This document shows positions 49,279 through 63,741 of a stretch of 64,000 bases of DNA, in pieces. The stretch covers positions 96,463,226 through 96,527,225 of the forward strand of contig NC_068982.1 of assembly GCF_001194135.2 (NCBI RefSeq), read 5' to 3'. The notes beneath the pieces are model-generated. The model searched no databases. It saw nothing but the letters and a program-made list of their open reading frames with translations, and had not been told where the DNA came from. A program made the translations under genes and the position numbers. The first letter of the stretch is position 1; each line of letters opens with the position of its first letter. This DNA is from Octopus bimaculoides. Lineage: Eukaryota.

Positions 49279-52200
49279 AGACTAATAGCACAGTCAGTCA
49301 TAAAAGAAGAATGAGAAAAAAAAGGTGAAAGGGTAATGTGGAAGGGTAGGTGTGTAGAGAAAGTATGTGGTGGATAAGGAAAGGACTGTGAGTAGTATGG
49401 GAAGATGCAAAGTGAAGAGGAAGGACGATAAAAGTGTGTAGCAAGAGCCAAGGAGTAAGGTTGTGAGAGCCAGGTCAAGTGGATTGTGTGGGGTGAGAGG
49501 TAAGGATGATGATGTTCATTGCATTAATCCATATTTCTCATTCACCTTTGATACAACCATGATATCAGCTTCTATATTCCTGAAGAGGAACAAACAGGAT
49601 TTTTCCAAAACAGGACTTTTCACTCCTTTTTTCCACATTTTTAATGGATTAACTTTTCCTGCCACCAGTCACCTTAGATTCCAGACCATACCTGATTAAT
49701 TTGCCTAACAGGTTTATTAAAATGTTGTTGTTTTGCCCTACAGCAAGCCTGAACCAGCTTTTTTACGATTAAAGACATTCTGGTTGTCAACATCCTGTCT
49801 TTTTTTTTTTAATTTTTTCCAGATATTTTTCTAGGATATGATTTGATGGAAATTTGGCTGATATTATTTAGTAGTCACAAACGGGCTGCTTTATTTCAGT
49901 TGTTGTTCTTCTAAGTGTAGCTTCCTCTCTTGTCTTCTATCCTCATTTTTTCTTTTACTGATTTAGGGCCTAGTAAATTAATGGACCAAAGCTTTTGCTT
50001 CAAATGCATGGGCCTCTTGTTTTAATTATTGATTTCTCAGACAGAACTTAGAACCTGAAAAAATTAGTGTGATGGTTTGCATCAGCAAAACAAAAACAGT
50101 TAATAAAATTTCAGGTGTTTCAGGTATGACTCTTCTCAACTCACAGCACTCAATCTTACCTCATTTTATAAATTTTATGGGTTGCTTGGATTAAGACCAT
50201 ATCCATCTTTAAATTGTTAAATATCTTTGGTTTAATAATTATGTTGTGTTTCTTTTTTAAAATTTTATGTCTCCAAACTGACAGAATCATTAGTGCATTT
50301 AGACAAAATGTTTAGTAGCTTTTCTGCTGGTTCTTTGTTCTGAATTCATGTTCTATCAAGGTCGACTTTGCCTTTCATCCTTTCAAGGTCAATAAAATAA
50401 GTATCAGTTTAGCACTGAAGTTAATGTAATAGATTTACCTCCCTTGCTAAAATTGCTGGCCATGCTAAAATTGCATGACCTATTTCAGCCTCTGAGAATG
50501 GTTAAAGGAAAGGAGAGAATTATCCTCAGACCAGAGACCTCAAATGTCAGCAAGAAAATCAACATTGCTAAAGACATCAAGGGCCAGATGGTCATGTTAC
50601 ACCAAACTTTGGATGAAATGCAACACTCAAAAATAAGAATGTTCCCTTTGACAAGCTTCCAGTTTTCATCTGTCTAGTTTCACTTACAAGGCTGGGGTTA
50701 ATTCAAGGCTACAATAGCAGACACTTACTCAAGATTCTACACAGGGTTGAATTCAAAGCCATATAGTTGTGAAGTGAACTCTTTAACCTGTTGACAGAAT
50801 ACATTATGACAATGTAGGTTTGAGATATACAACAATATCTCAAGCTTACCTTGCTGTTATATTATGTTTAGTAGTATATAAATAAAATTGAGCTACTAGC
50901 CCATTGAAGGAAACTTCTGAATTGAGTGACTTGCCTGGACCAGTATATCATATTGATCTTTTGCTGGCTGAAATATCTTGTCTGTGCATACCACAGCCGC
51001 AGATGATAGCAGTAGTTTACTAACTGAACTGGTTGACTCTGGCTTTTGACAGTTTGTTGCCTGTTCATCCACTCAGCATCTAGGGATATTAACTGTTGAT
51101 TCAATAAGTTGATCTGCCAAAATAGGTTACACTCATCTTGCTGCATCCCATGATTTCAATGTACCCTGGCTCAGGTGATCAAGTGCTATTTAACCCATAG
51201 CTTGAGACCCTGACAGATGTTATCACTCCATATCAGAGCAGAACTGGGAACAATAATGGCAAAAAGGTGATTTTACTTTCCTCAAAACTCTGGAACTCCC
51301 AAACCAGGGCCCTACTACTGCATGCTGTTTAAAGTCATACTTAGGACGTATTTGGATCAAATAAGTTAAAGGTAGTATGAAGCAGTGGGACAGTGCTTAT
51401 TTCATTTTCACTTTCTCTATGTTTTTTAAGACTCTTCTGGTAAGAGGACTTAAGATAATTAATGTTCAGTTTTCACCAAAAAGTAGATGTGAGAGGAAAA
51501 GGCATAAGCAAAAAGGGGGTTGAAGGGAATGTGGAGAAGATCAAGCATAGTATTTTCTACATGACCTCGTGAGATGAACCACAGAAGAGGGTAGCTGAAT
51601 AGATGGAATCTACTCCATCTTGATTTCTTGGCACTTTTGTATAGGAGAGATATCTTTCAAAATCCATATGTTCCTTTTCCTCATTTTGTATTTCTAGGTC
51701 TGGCTTGCTCATTCTTTGAAGTCCTTAATTTCTAGATGTGATATCTTAAGCAAAGATAAAAAAAAGCATCAGTCAGTTCAGTAGTAGAACAGTGTACTTC
51801 TATTCTATCCTTGTAAATCTAGGTGAGAGGCTAAAGAGTATGCTATTGTATGTCCAGGCAGTTAAAAAGGAAATGTCATACTCTTACATTTTAACTATAT
51901 AGATGTCTAACTTTGTGTGTGTTGGGTAGCTAGTTAGTTTATGACTTTAAACTCCTTGTTTCCCATACAGTATGACTGTAATTATAATTACATCTCAGAA
52001 GACTCATTTTTACAGTTTAAGAAGAATATTAAAAAAAATCTGATATATTCACATTTATTTATTTCATAATAGTTTTGTTTATCCTGAATTGTCAATGAAT
52101 TTTGATATACTTCTGTGACTTCATCACTTACTGCAGAAGAGCAACAAAATATTTTAAGAAATCACAATAGATAACACTATTAAGAAATAAATCAAAGTGA

Positions 52201-52432
52201 TAGTAACTGTTTTTGTATGATTTTTCAACAGCCAGAATGACTCTGCCATGATGAAACTGTTTTAGATTCAAATCATGGTATAAGCTCTGAAGTGACTGTA
52301 GAGAATTTCAAAGTGTTATTACTTTTGTTGGCTACCAAAAAGTTTTCTTTCTATACAACAGAGAGAGATGCTATGAAACTTGCATTAGAAGGGTGGTTCT
52401 ACACACTAGTGAGATTTGAGCATAGAGTGTAG

Positions 52433-52470
<38 letters not shown>

Positions 52471-53546
52471 ATATTGTATAGTTAAATATGATCTGTAAAA
52501 TCATTGGTGAAAGCATTTATCTGCTAAGATTACTCATAAACTCTGTCTTTCTCTTATCTCTAATATTAGGAGTTTATTCTCAGACCATTGTATCAACTGA
52601 CATGCTATTAATTCAAGTGTGCTTCATGGTATGATAATGTCACCTACACATGTCCATCTGCATCTCAATGGCCTGCTTACTGATACCACTAGCCACACAC
52701 ACAGACACCCCACCACTATGCAGATGATACCATCTTTCACTCCTCCATAACCTTCCACAAACATACATCCAAATCAGTGAGTGGGCATCTGGAAATAGCA
52801 ACCAAATATCCCTTGAGTTTCATCCTACCATCTTTAAAATGAGCACATGAGATAATTTAGAACACTATGAAAAAATATGGGGTCAGAGCTAACTTGGAGC
52901 TAAACGACAGTATCAACAACATACAGGCATCATCTATAGACAACTTCTAGCCTCAAAAAATATCTTGAATTAGAGATATGAGAAGCCTGGTCTCATTCAA
53001 GAGTAACAAAATACTGCTGTTAGTATGCACAGCAAGGAAATCAACACAATGAAAATCTTAAAAAATTTTACAAATGCCAGGCTTCACCATCTCTGACCTT
53101 TTATGGCAAGTCAATAAAGAAGCCACTACATCATTGCTTAATCTTCAGAAAATGACAGCCAATTCTCCCTCCTATCATTCCCAACTTCTTAAATAGTCAT
53201 AGACATAATCCTAAAAAGACAGGACAGCCATGGTTAGAATACTCTTGATCATAGGTTCGCTAGATTAGTGTTGACCTATATATGTATAGACAACAGCAAC
53301 CTTTCATAGTGACTACACAAGCATCATCCCAAAATCTAGGCTGCCACTTCAATAGTGGAGAGGAATAAAAGCTATAAACAAATGTCAATTCTCTGCACTG
53401 AACAAACACAACACATAAGAATATTGTGTACATATCTGGGTTAAAACAACTACTACACACAAACATTTTAAGTTGCACCCTAAGAAAAAGCTGATTCCAC
53501 TTGTCCATTGATACACTTTATTCTGTTTCCGTCTCTCCTTCTGTAG

Positions 53547-53573
53547 TAACAATGAATCTGCTTCTATGAACTT
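53547..53573 (+). CDS. Candidate 27-nt symmetric microexon
   Basis: ttctgtttccgtctctccttctgtAG|TAACAATGAATCTGCTTCTATGAACTT|GTAAGT; single open frame NNESASMN, phase 2-2. Confidence 0.25.
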
Positions 53574-54559
53574 GTAAGTTGTGGTACCATTTCTGTACTA
53601 ACCCACCTGATGCACACTTCATTGCTCTCCTCTCAAATCTCAAACCTTGTGCCTATGTTAGATAAAATTGTGTGTCATCTCATAGACTCTAAACTAAAAC
53701 ACTTTATGGATCCAGTTATTGTTTCTTTTCCAATACTGAAGAAATATCTCCCTACTCATTCCAATAAAAGTCCATTTGCAGAAATTTATGTTAAACACCA
53801 GCTGTATCCACTATATATATTGGGTGGGGGGGAAGAGCTGCCATATGTTTATGAATGTTACCTCTCTTCCTCAGACTAACATGACCACATAGAATGAAAG
53901 ATGTTTAAATGCTAATCTCTATTTGATGGCTTCTTACACACACACACACACACACACATTCATGATCCAGTAGACCGTATATGCTGCATAATTTGAATGT
54001 ATAGTAAGGTATATTTAATGATAAGCAATACATATTTTCTTCATCCCTGGGATGTATCACCTAATATATGTGGTTGAATGTAAACAAATGTCTTTTTCTT
54101 TTATCTCTCTGTGAACAGAAAAGAGGGCTTTGCTTGACCAGTTTCAGCTCTAATTGGAGTTTCTATCTGAAACCATATATTGTACTTTACGTGCCTACAG
54201 TGAGAGATTTAGCTTATATCATAACTTATGTAAATTGGTTGGTCTAATTTTTGTAATGCAGCATAGTTGTATCAGTGATTAATTAATTGATATAATTCAT
54301 TTATTAATGATGCACTAAAAATCACATGTTGAAATACATAGTAAATAATATCTAATAATAAACACTATAAACAATAAAACATAGATTATGCATCACTGAC
54401 AGCTAACATTTATATTCTTTATCATTAAATATACTTTACTATTCATTTCAAAGATATACATGCATATGCACACACACACACACACACACACCTACCTACA
54501 CACAAATATAGACAAAAGCATGCATATCCTAACACGCAATCATCATTACCATCATTTTT

Positions 54560-54820
54560 ATATCCTGTTTTACAATGCTTGCATGGATTGGTCAGTTTTT
54601 TCCACACGATGTATCAGCTCATGTCATAGCAACTTGTCATTTTCTTCATAAGATTCAATATGCTGAGATCAGTTTTCATTGCACATCCAGCAGAGCATTC
54701 TCATTTCATTTCTTTCCAGCCTTTGCCCATCCTCTGCATCCAATACATATGTTTTGCCACATAAAAATATTACAATTTTTACACAAGTGTCATACAGTTT
54801 GCTTTTCACTTGGAGAGTGA
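54560..54820 (-). mobile_element. RTE LINE 3' end fragment
   Basis: Minus strand KSKLYDTCVK..DAEDGQRLERNEMRMLCWMC. Confidence 0.7.
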
Positions 54821-55239
54821 ATCCAGAGATAAAAGCACCCTAAACTTTTCCAACTAATTCGTACTCAGGTTACAATGCCCACCTCCACTGCTAATTAGGT
54901 TATCTAAGTAAGAGAAATTATCAACAGAACCTTTTAAACATTTGAAAAAACTTATTTCATATGTGCTTAGTTCTAACTACTCCCATATCTTTGCTGCATA
55001 TCAACCTGCCTGTGATTCCATCAAACATCTTGTGTACTCTTAGCATACATTAATCACAATATTTGGAGTTCCTTCCTACTTGTTTTCTGCATATCAAGTA
55101 CAACCATTTGTCTGACAATAATAGAGTCCACTCTTTATTCTTGCTGAAATTTTTATCTTTGCTAGGTTTATTTTGTGGCCTTTTAATTCTTGGCTTCGCC
55201 TTCATGTTTGGAATTTGTGAAGCAAACTTAATCATTTAA

Positions 55240-55500
55240 CCACACACGACCATGTGATCCTGGGTTCAGTCCACTATGTGGCATATCAGGGAAGTGTTCA
55301 TCAGAGCCTCAAGTCAATAAACCCTTAGAGAAATTAGGTTGATAGAATTGTTTGGAAGCTCATTGGATGGATTGTATTTGTAATTCAAAAGTCCAACCTT
55401 GTCACATGCTGATTCTTCCAAAGAATTATATTAAAGGTGCACATATCTGTTGAATACTCAGCTACTTTGCATTAATTCAGCGTAGGTCATTCAGTTGCTC
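55240..55500 (+). mobile_element. Old SINE with B-type head and A-type tail
   Basis: gggttcagtcccactatgtggc head; gtaattcaaaagtccaaccttgtcac...ttaaaggtgcacatatctgttgaatactcagc matches the family A 3' part. Confidence 0.55.
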
Positions 55501-56679
55501 AAAAAATTAAATACTTGTTAAAATCAATGGAGGATCCACCATATCATCATCATTTAACATCATTATTCTCATTTAATGTCCAACTACTATGCTGGCATAA
55601 GTTAGATGGTTTGATAGGTTCCAGTGAGCCAGAGGAGTGAGTTGAACTCCAGTGTCTGTCTTGACATGGTTTCTATGGCTTGATGTCCTTCATAACACCA
55701 ACCACTTTACAGGGTGCATCAGGTGCTTTTTTCATCACCAATGTGAATGAAGGTCGCTAAGTAACTAGCAAGACAAAAAAACGCCTCTGAGCAGAAGTTG
55801 GCTTTATGCCAGATGTTGAGAGGCTAAAGTATGATAGAGGAACAGGCACAGGTGTTTTGCTATAGAAGAGGTATATGGCTATATCACATTATATTTGAGT
55901 AAGTAGAAGTAGCTGGATAGAAGAGAGAGATGTTGATAATGAAGTGTCAGAGTATACTGTCAAAGAACAAGAAGTTGAATATAAGAAAGAAGACAAACTG
56001 AAGATGGTAGTGGGGTGGATAAATTCACAGTAGTGTGAGAGGAGAGTGATATTTTATACACACATGCACACACCTTTAATGTTTCATATCTTGATTGGTA
56101 TGCTGGAGTACAATTCAACTGCAATGATGGTTACCTACCATTAACTCACTCACAGATACAGGTTTCAAATGGTAAATCTCTGTAAGTTCACAAAGATATT
56201 TCATCACAAATAGGTCACAGTGTTGATGCAGTGTTACAGTAGTTTTTGGTTTTTGCACTTTTCTCTTTTTTAAGACTGCAAAAGAAGTGAGGGAAAAGAG
56301 GGTATCCTACCCCTTGTGTCGTGTTTAATATTAGTAGCACTATATGCATGAGCGAGGAAGTATCTCTGCCAAATGGTTAATTCAACATCATTTCCATTTT
56401 TTGTTTGTATGTTGTTCTTTTGTTTTGTTTTGTTTTTTCCTGTTATTTATTCCATGAGAGTTTGTGAGATTGTAATAAGTCTTCTACTTCAACACTTCCA
56501 ACAATGCCACTTCTCTTTTTGGATTTTCTTTTAGTTACTTTTAATTTTTTCTTTGTCCAATAAATATTTTTCATTTCATTTTCATCTTTCTTGAAATTTC
56601 TTTTTTTTTCTTTCTGCTGATTTTGTTAGTAGTTGTCTTTCTCTCTGCCTTTGTCTAATTCTCTCTCTCNNNNNNNNNN

Positions 56680-56723
<44 letters not shown>

Positions 56724-57155
56724 TCCTGTCTTTCTCTTGTGACTGTATCTCTGTCTCTCTCTGTCTAGCTCTTTGTCTCTCTCTGATTATCTGTCCTGTT
56801 ATAATTAACACTTATAACTGGCCTAAAACTGGTGGAAAGGAAATATAATCTGAAGAGTTAGTCTCTGCCAAGTAAAAGCTGATAACATTCCTTTTAAAAC
56901 ACACACATCTAGATGCAGAGAATCAGAGAGACAGATTCACACACCAAACTTATTAACATTCATGTGCAGACAAACACCTGCATAGAAACATATGCAAATG
57001 CTCATGATTACTGCAAATGCACATAGCCATAAGTATTTTTTCTCATTATGTCTGTCTGGTTGTCTTTCTGTCAGTCTATCTTTACATCTGTTTGTTTCTC
57101 TCCTCATATCTCTATCTGTCTGACTGTCAGTATTCTCAGCTTATTTATCTGTTTG

Positions 57156-57214
<59 letters not shown>

Positions 57215-57220
57215 CTGTTT

Positions 57221-57612
57221 ACTCTTTTACTCTTTTATTTGTTTCAGTCATTTGACTGCGGCCATGCTGGAGCACCGCCTTTAGTCGAGCAAATCAACCC
57301 CGGGACTTATACTTTGTAAGCCTAGTACTTATTCTATCGGTATCTTTTGCCAAACCGCTAAGTAACGGGGACATAAACACACCAGCATCAGTTGTCAAGC
57401 AATGCTAGGGGGACAAACACACACACATATACATATATATATACATATATACGATGGGCTTCTTTCAGTTTCCATCTACCAAATCCACTCACAAGGCTTT
57501 GGTTGGCTCGAGGCTATAGTAGAAGACACTTGCCTAAGGTGCCACACAGTGGGACTGAACCCGGAACCATGTGGTTGGTAAGCAAGCTACTTACCACACA
57601 GCCAATCCTGCG
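57221..57612 (-). mobile_element. Full-length SINE family B with 7-bp TSD
   Basis: TSD tctgttt at 57214-57220 and 57613-57619; short internal (CA/TA)n. Confidence 0.9.
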
Positions 57613-57676
57613 TCTGTTTGTGTATCTATCTGTATGTATTTATGTATACGTAAGTATATGCTATTCTGCCTGTTGA

Positions 57677-57738
<62 letters not shown>

Positions 57739-58099
57739 ATACATGTGTCTATGTGTGTGTGTACACTAACACGCTCTGATAAAGTGTTTTTCATTGAATA
57801 ACAATAAAATTGTGTTAATGACTTTACACTCCTTTAAAAAAAGAAAATTATTTTTCTCATATAGTGAAGATGCTCACACACACACACACACATAAACACT
57901 TTATAATATCTTCATACTGTATTGCTGTCTCTAGTTTACTGTGTACAAAAGAACATATTCACACATGCACACACAGTTTCAAATACAATTCAAACATTCT
58001 AATATGTACACACATATATCAAACCCACGTGTGTGTGTGTGTGTGTACCTCTTTATGATTAATACTTATGCCTCCATTTTAGCCTCTGCATACATGTAT

Positions 58100-58135
<36 letters not shown>

Positions 58136-58494
58136 ACACACTCACATGTGCATACACTTACATTCACACTTACATACCAAATACCCAAATCCCAACATCT
58201 CTACATAATATATTTTTTATATAGTTTGTTTTGATTTTTCTCTCTTTCTTTCTCCTCACTCACACATACAGCACTGGATCTGTATACTCTACATTACTCT
58301 GTAGCTTTTATTTTATGCGTGAACACATAGCTACACATGCTTGCATAAACTTAAACACAAACCCATACATGAGAGAGATGCATTCAAGCATACACATTGC
58401 CTAAACACAAACTTACAAACATAACATATTAACACAATAGACATGTCATTATGAATATTTAGTTTAGGTTTCCTGTGATTTGTGTGCTGTTAAA

Positions 58495-58579
<85 letters not shown>

Positions 58580-58660
58580 CACTTCACTCACTCACTCACT
58601 CCTTCACTCACTCCTTCACTCACTCACTCACTCACTCACTCACCTCACTCACTCACATAA
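58495..58660. repeat. (CA)n grading into (CTCA)n microsatellite
   Basis: Directly visible. Other long arrays: (TAG)n near 9391, 25248, 32792; (TA)n(CA)n 24085-24192; (CT)n 36465-36530; (CTAT)n 57165-57213. Confidence 0.95.
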
Positions 58661-58721
58661 TTTCTCACTAATTTATTTTGCTTAACACACAAACTGTATT
58701 ATACTTTTATATATGCATACA

Positions 58722-59075
58722 CACAGTCCCACTATAAGATACCTTGGATAAGTGTCTTCTACTATAGCCTCAGCCCAACGAAAGCCTTGTAAGTGAATTT
58801 GGTAGACAGAAACTGAAAGAAGCCTATTGTGTAAAAAATAAAAAGACAAAAAAACAACAACAAAAAACAACAACTTGAGGACGTGATACAGATTGTGTTA
58901 CTGTTTGTGCCATCGCTTGACAACCAATGTTGGTGTGTTTATTTCCTTGAAATTTAGTGGTTTGGCAACAGAGATCAATAGGTACTAGGCTTACAAAGAG
59001 TCCTAAGAGCGATTTCTTCGACTAAAGGTGGTGCTGCAGCATGGTCACAGTCAAATGACTGAAACAAGTAACAAT
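58722..59075 (+). mobile_element. SINE family B copy with unrelated A-rich insert at the central microsatellite position
   Basis: Head half ends gaaagaagcctattgtg; the insert contains aacaacttgaggacgtgatacag (similar to 18005-18035); the tail half resumes at cgcttgacaacc. Confidence 0.65.
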
Positions 59076-59091
59076 AAATGAATATATATAT

Positions 59092-59122
<31 letters not shown>

Positions 59123-59185
59123 CCAAGTGTATAGTATAATTTTGAGGGGAGAGAGAGTATGTAGTAAGTGAGGGTGGTTTTGCTG

Positions 59186-59224
<39 letters not shown>

Positions 59225-60578
59225 CCATGTGTAGGATATTAATCTAAGTACTTATCTCAGTAATTATATGCATTCACAGACTTCAGTCTTTTACTTGCAT
59301 TCAAAAACCCTTTCTGAATGAGTCATCGTTATTTGATGATAAAACATGAATTGTATCATTTCATCAATGACTACGTTGTGTTATATCTCACATTACCACA
59401 TGATGAAATGCAGGCACACAAATATGATGTGTGTGCACGTGCACATGCACACATCACCATCATCGTTTTACATCATTTTTCCATGCTGGTATGGATTGGA
59501 TAGCTCATTAAGCTTCAAGTCTGTTTTTATTTGAAGTCACAACCCTCTTAGATGGGTCAGTGGACCAAGTCTCACTTCTATGTTTCAGTTTGGGATTGGT
59601 TACTATGGCTGAGTATCTTTCTTATCAATGGCCACTTTATACAGGGTGCATTTTATTGTGGTACCAGCACTTGAGAGGTTAACATTCTCAAAAAGATATA
59701 GGAATTCCCTCAACTCCACATTTACTTTACTCTTTACAAAGTGCTCTGGATGTGGGGCTGCTATGTACACTATGAAATCAGAATCCTCAGCATGCCTTGA
59801 TGTGCTTATGGACTCAAGATAATGTTGCAGAGAAGGAATGTGAATAGATGACCAAAGAAGAACCAAGATGAGTGTGTATAGGGAGCAAGAGAAATATGGT
59901 AGATGGGATGAGAGGGTGAGACATGAGAGTGGATAATAATGGATGTGAATTAGTGGGGATTAGTAACAAGTGACTTGGGAATGAAAAAAGTAATGATGGA
60001 AGATGTGTTGGGTACATGCGGGTCTGATGCAGTGTCTTATGATGGAAGAAAAAAAAGGTAGAGTGATGAGGATGGTAGTTGGTATGTGTGTGATTGAAAT
60101 ATAGGTAAATTCTCTTTGTGCAGGCAGCATGGTACGGCTGGTGGGAGAGAGTGTGAATGTCAGACAGGGAAAATCAATCGCCATCATGACTTTTATGGGT
60201 GGCATAAAACAGTGAAAGAAGAGGGGAGAGTGATGGAGAGCTCCTCTTGATACCGTTTATCTTTTAAAATAATGTAAGCAATGTAATTTCTGATATAAAT
60301 AAGATGGGCTGATCATAGCTAGAATGCATTTGGTCTTAAGTTAACTTCAATCATGCCAGACCTGGGCTTGAAATAATGGCACCAACAGTCATCATCATCA
60401 TCACTCATAATTTTAGTGTATACTTTTCCATACCATTGGCCAAATCGATTTATTTCCATTAAGTAATTTCATTTCTTGAATTATGCAAATTACAACTGGC
60501 CAAAATCTATGCTTTTTTTTAATTTTTATTATTCATAAAAATCCTTATCAGCTAATTAAGCAAGTTTGAGTTTGACAA

Positions 60579-60622
60579 AGCTATGCTGATGAGGTCCCTA
60601 TAAAACTGAATCCTATACAGCT
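60579..60622 (+). ncRNA. Degenerate hammerhead-like motif
   Basis: agctatg CTGATGA ggt-ccctataaa-act GAAT cc T A tacagct; stem I 6/7 paired, GAAA mutated. Confidence 0.3.
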
Positions 60623-62609
60623 GTCCCCTTGCCTGCTGAAAGCAAACAGATTTTCCCTTAAACTATGTAAATGAATTTGGGGTAATTAATTCTTAATCTC
60701 TTTGAGAGTCACTTATAATTGCCACTAGGTTTTTGTTTTTTCTCCAACTAAGAGGAAAATTTCAATGAAATGAAAGTTTTCATGTACATCATTCAGCATA
60801 TTTACCCCCTGAGCTTAGTGAAATGTCATTATGAATATTTTGTTATGAAGTTAGCTTTCCAAACACATGGTTTTGGGGTTCAGTCCTATGGTGTAAGACG
60901 TCCATGCAAGGGAGTATATCGAATTGCAGTATAGTGTAGTGGTTGGAATGGTTTTCACTATTCTTGTATTTGAAGTAACTGCTAGTATATATGTCAAGAC
61001 AACAACAAAGTGCAATATTTCTATATTTGAGTCGTTTCATTTAGATGATTTAGTCCTTCTAAGATGACATGTATGAAACAAGATCAAGATTTAGTCCTTT
61101 CATGCATCTTGGCATGAATATAGAAATATCAGACCACTGCTAGCATTGGTAAGCCACACACACAGTTGCACTACTAGCACATTGATGCAATATCATACAT
61201 AGTCTTGTGTTTGTTGTAGTGTTACAGAATGGCATGGCATTCATGCTTCTCTCAAATGACAAATATTAGCAGTGGAAGGAAAGCTGCTACAACTGGGAAT
61301 TAAAACCAAATCACATTTAATTAACCCTTGACTGACAGCTGCACCTACTCCCAGATGTTGTTTTTTTAAAACATCATGATCACCAAGCTATATTTGTTCA
61401 CATTCTCCTAATTTCCTACTCAAGGGAAGGATTGAGTTTATAGCCTGTGGGATGGGAGAATAAGTTAGCTTTGTGCTTAATATTACATTTGACATGCTGA
61501 AAATTAGTTATTTGGTGAAAATATCTGAACAAGAATCTATGTTCCTGAGCAGTGCAGTTCTGAAAAGAATTGCACATGTTATTTGGTGCAGCAGTTATTC
61601 AGAAAGTGAGTTGCAAGTGTTTTTAACGTGACTGAGAGGTCAACAACTTTGCAGGGGCAGAAAATTTCATTGTAATAGTAGATGACACAAATAAAATGTA
61701 AAATATAATGCCTTTCTTTCAGTATTAGTGGGGGATGGGGGGAGGTCTTGGACGCTCTCATAATACACAGTGTATCTCGGGCATTTTGAGCCTATCAGAG
61801 GTTATTCTTATCCAAATCTGAACATAACCAATTTCTTCCAGGGAGGAAGTGCAAGAAAGAGAGTGAGGTGGAGAAAGTGATGGTGAATCAACTCAGTACT
61901 GTACTAATATTTTATCAACCTTAAAAGGATGAAAGGCAAAGTTGACTTCAGTGGGGCTTGAACTCAGTCAGAATGAATACTGCAAAGCATGCCATTTCTT
62001 GCTCTAATAGTTCTGTTAATCCATCACCAATCAAATCCTTCAGTGCCAAAGTTGAACTCCAGCTTTATTGTATCAAGGGGATAATAGGTTAACCATCTTG
62101 TCAACAAGACAGCAGTCTATTGTATATAACACTCCTGGAAAATCCTGGGCCCACTGGTGGACTGATTCAATATTGGCCTAACATTTTGTGGTATACTTAA
62201 CATACCATCCAGATTATACCATTAACTTAGACCTTTGATATCTCAAGCTGAGACCTGTCTGTTGTAAACATTTGTACAATCATGCAGACATTGACCTGCA
62301 AATGTTGAGGCTGGATATTTGTTGTATTAATATCATCCAGTCTTGTTCAGCTATAGACTACTCCTCCACCACTGATTAATTTATATAGGAAGAAAAAATA
62401 TATATTTTGCCCAGGAACACATTTAGTGAATTTAGAGACACAACCCTATGAACAGATAAATTAATGCCCCTTAATTACTTGGCCATTTCACCTTTTCTTG
62501 TTTACATCATCTGAGTTTGTTGTGCGTTTCCCTTTATAAGTAGTAACCAGATGTAGGAAAAGAGAAGAGAAGCTGAGCACATTGGTAAATTAATGGCTGA
62601 CAAGCTTAT

Positions 62610-62785
62610 GTTGGAGTCTGCTTACTAAAAGTAGCAGCTAAATTTCCCTCATATCACTCTCTACTAAGAAAGTAGATGTATTGGATAATGTATTTCTGCA
62701 TCTGAAAAAGAAGAGTCAGGATGGTCATGGCTGGAATACCTCTTCTCACTTTGGTCTGACATGTGGCTAAACAACAATGACTAAT
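62610..62785 (+). mobile_element. Abundant old interspersed repeat family F (SINE-like, AAC tail)
   Basis: cagctaaatttccctc...ttggataatgt...ggtcatggctggaat...ggctaaacaacaa. Other copies near 15755(-), 22550, 37470, 38270(-), 43318(-), 49715(-), 52790, 53140, 63190. Confidence 0.7.
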
Positions 62786-63741
62786 AACTGAAGAGTGTTT
62801 CTTAATTAAATGAGTTATTATGGTCTAGCTTTCCAGCTGCAGCTAACTGACTGCACACTAGATCTGATAAGGTCACCTAAATAACAGCACTTATCTATTA
62901 TTTTAAGTTCACTCTGAAAATTGTTGCAGTATGGAAATTTTTCTTTCAAAAGAAATCTTAATTAAATTATTTATGCTAGAAGGGCAATAATTGGTGATGT
63001 TGCATATGTGTGAAGCACTGCTTAATGTCAGATCATATCGTTATCCATGACCCATTTTCACTTGCAAAAGGTTTGTATTTGTAATAGATGACTTTTTATG
63101 TAACTTTTTAATGTCACATGTAATGATGGTTTAAAACACATTGTGATACCAGTAAAAGGGAAACCACCATGAGCCAATGAAGGAACTGTTGTCTGGTTGT
63201 TGCTGAACCTGTTAGCAATAACAGCCAGATATCATTCAAGTCATACATTGCCATCTTCAAACAGGAAGGACACATTGGATATTATGGTCTAGAGTGGAGT
63301 ATACCTGGAAAATAAAAAGAGGAATAGTCATTACTGGAATGCCTTTTTATCATAGGTCTGTTCAGTTCAGGCTCATGTGGAACTAAACATCACAAGACAA
63401 AGGCTTTGTGTATATGTATATTTGAAGGTATGTTTAACTACAGTTCAAGAGGTGTTAGTGGTTAGTATCCTATCACCAGCACACTTCTATATCCCTAGAA
63501 ACTTAACATGCATTGACCCAATCAGCTTTACTGAAATGGGCACAACAGAGAGGTGCCACTAGTCATTTTAAGTAGTAATAGCAGTACTATATAATTGATG
63601 CATGTTTCATAGTACCACAGTCAAATTCTTGGGTCTAACTTGAGGAGCCACTCATTTTCTTAAAGTCTATAAGATTAGTAACTCATCAATCTGTTCATAT
63701 GATTAGGAAACATTGAGCAATTTATTCTATTTATTGAACTT

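Noticed and set aside
50880-51150. Possible LINE endonuclease remnant (also 27560-28100 and 37850-38240)
   Set aside because: Only vague motif resemblance with many stops; not supportable without a profile search.
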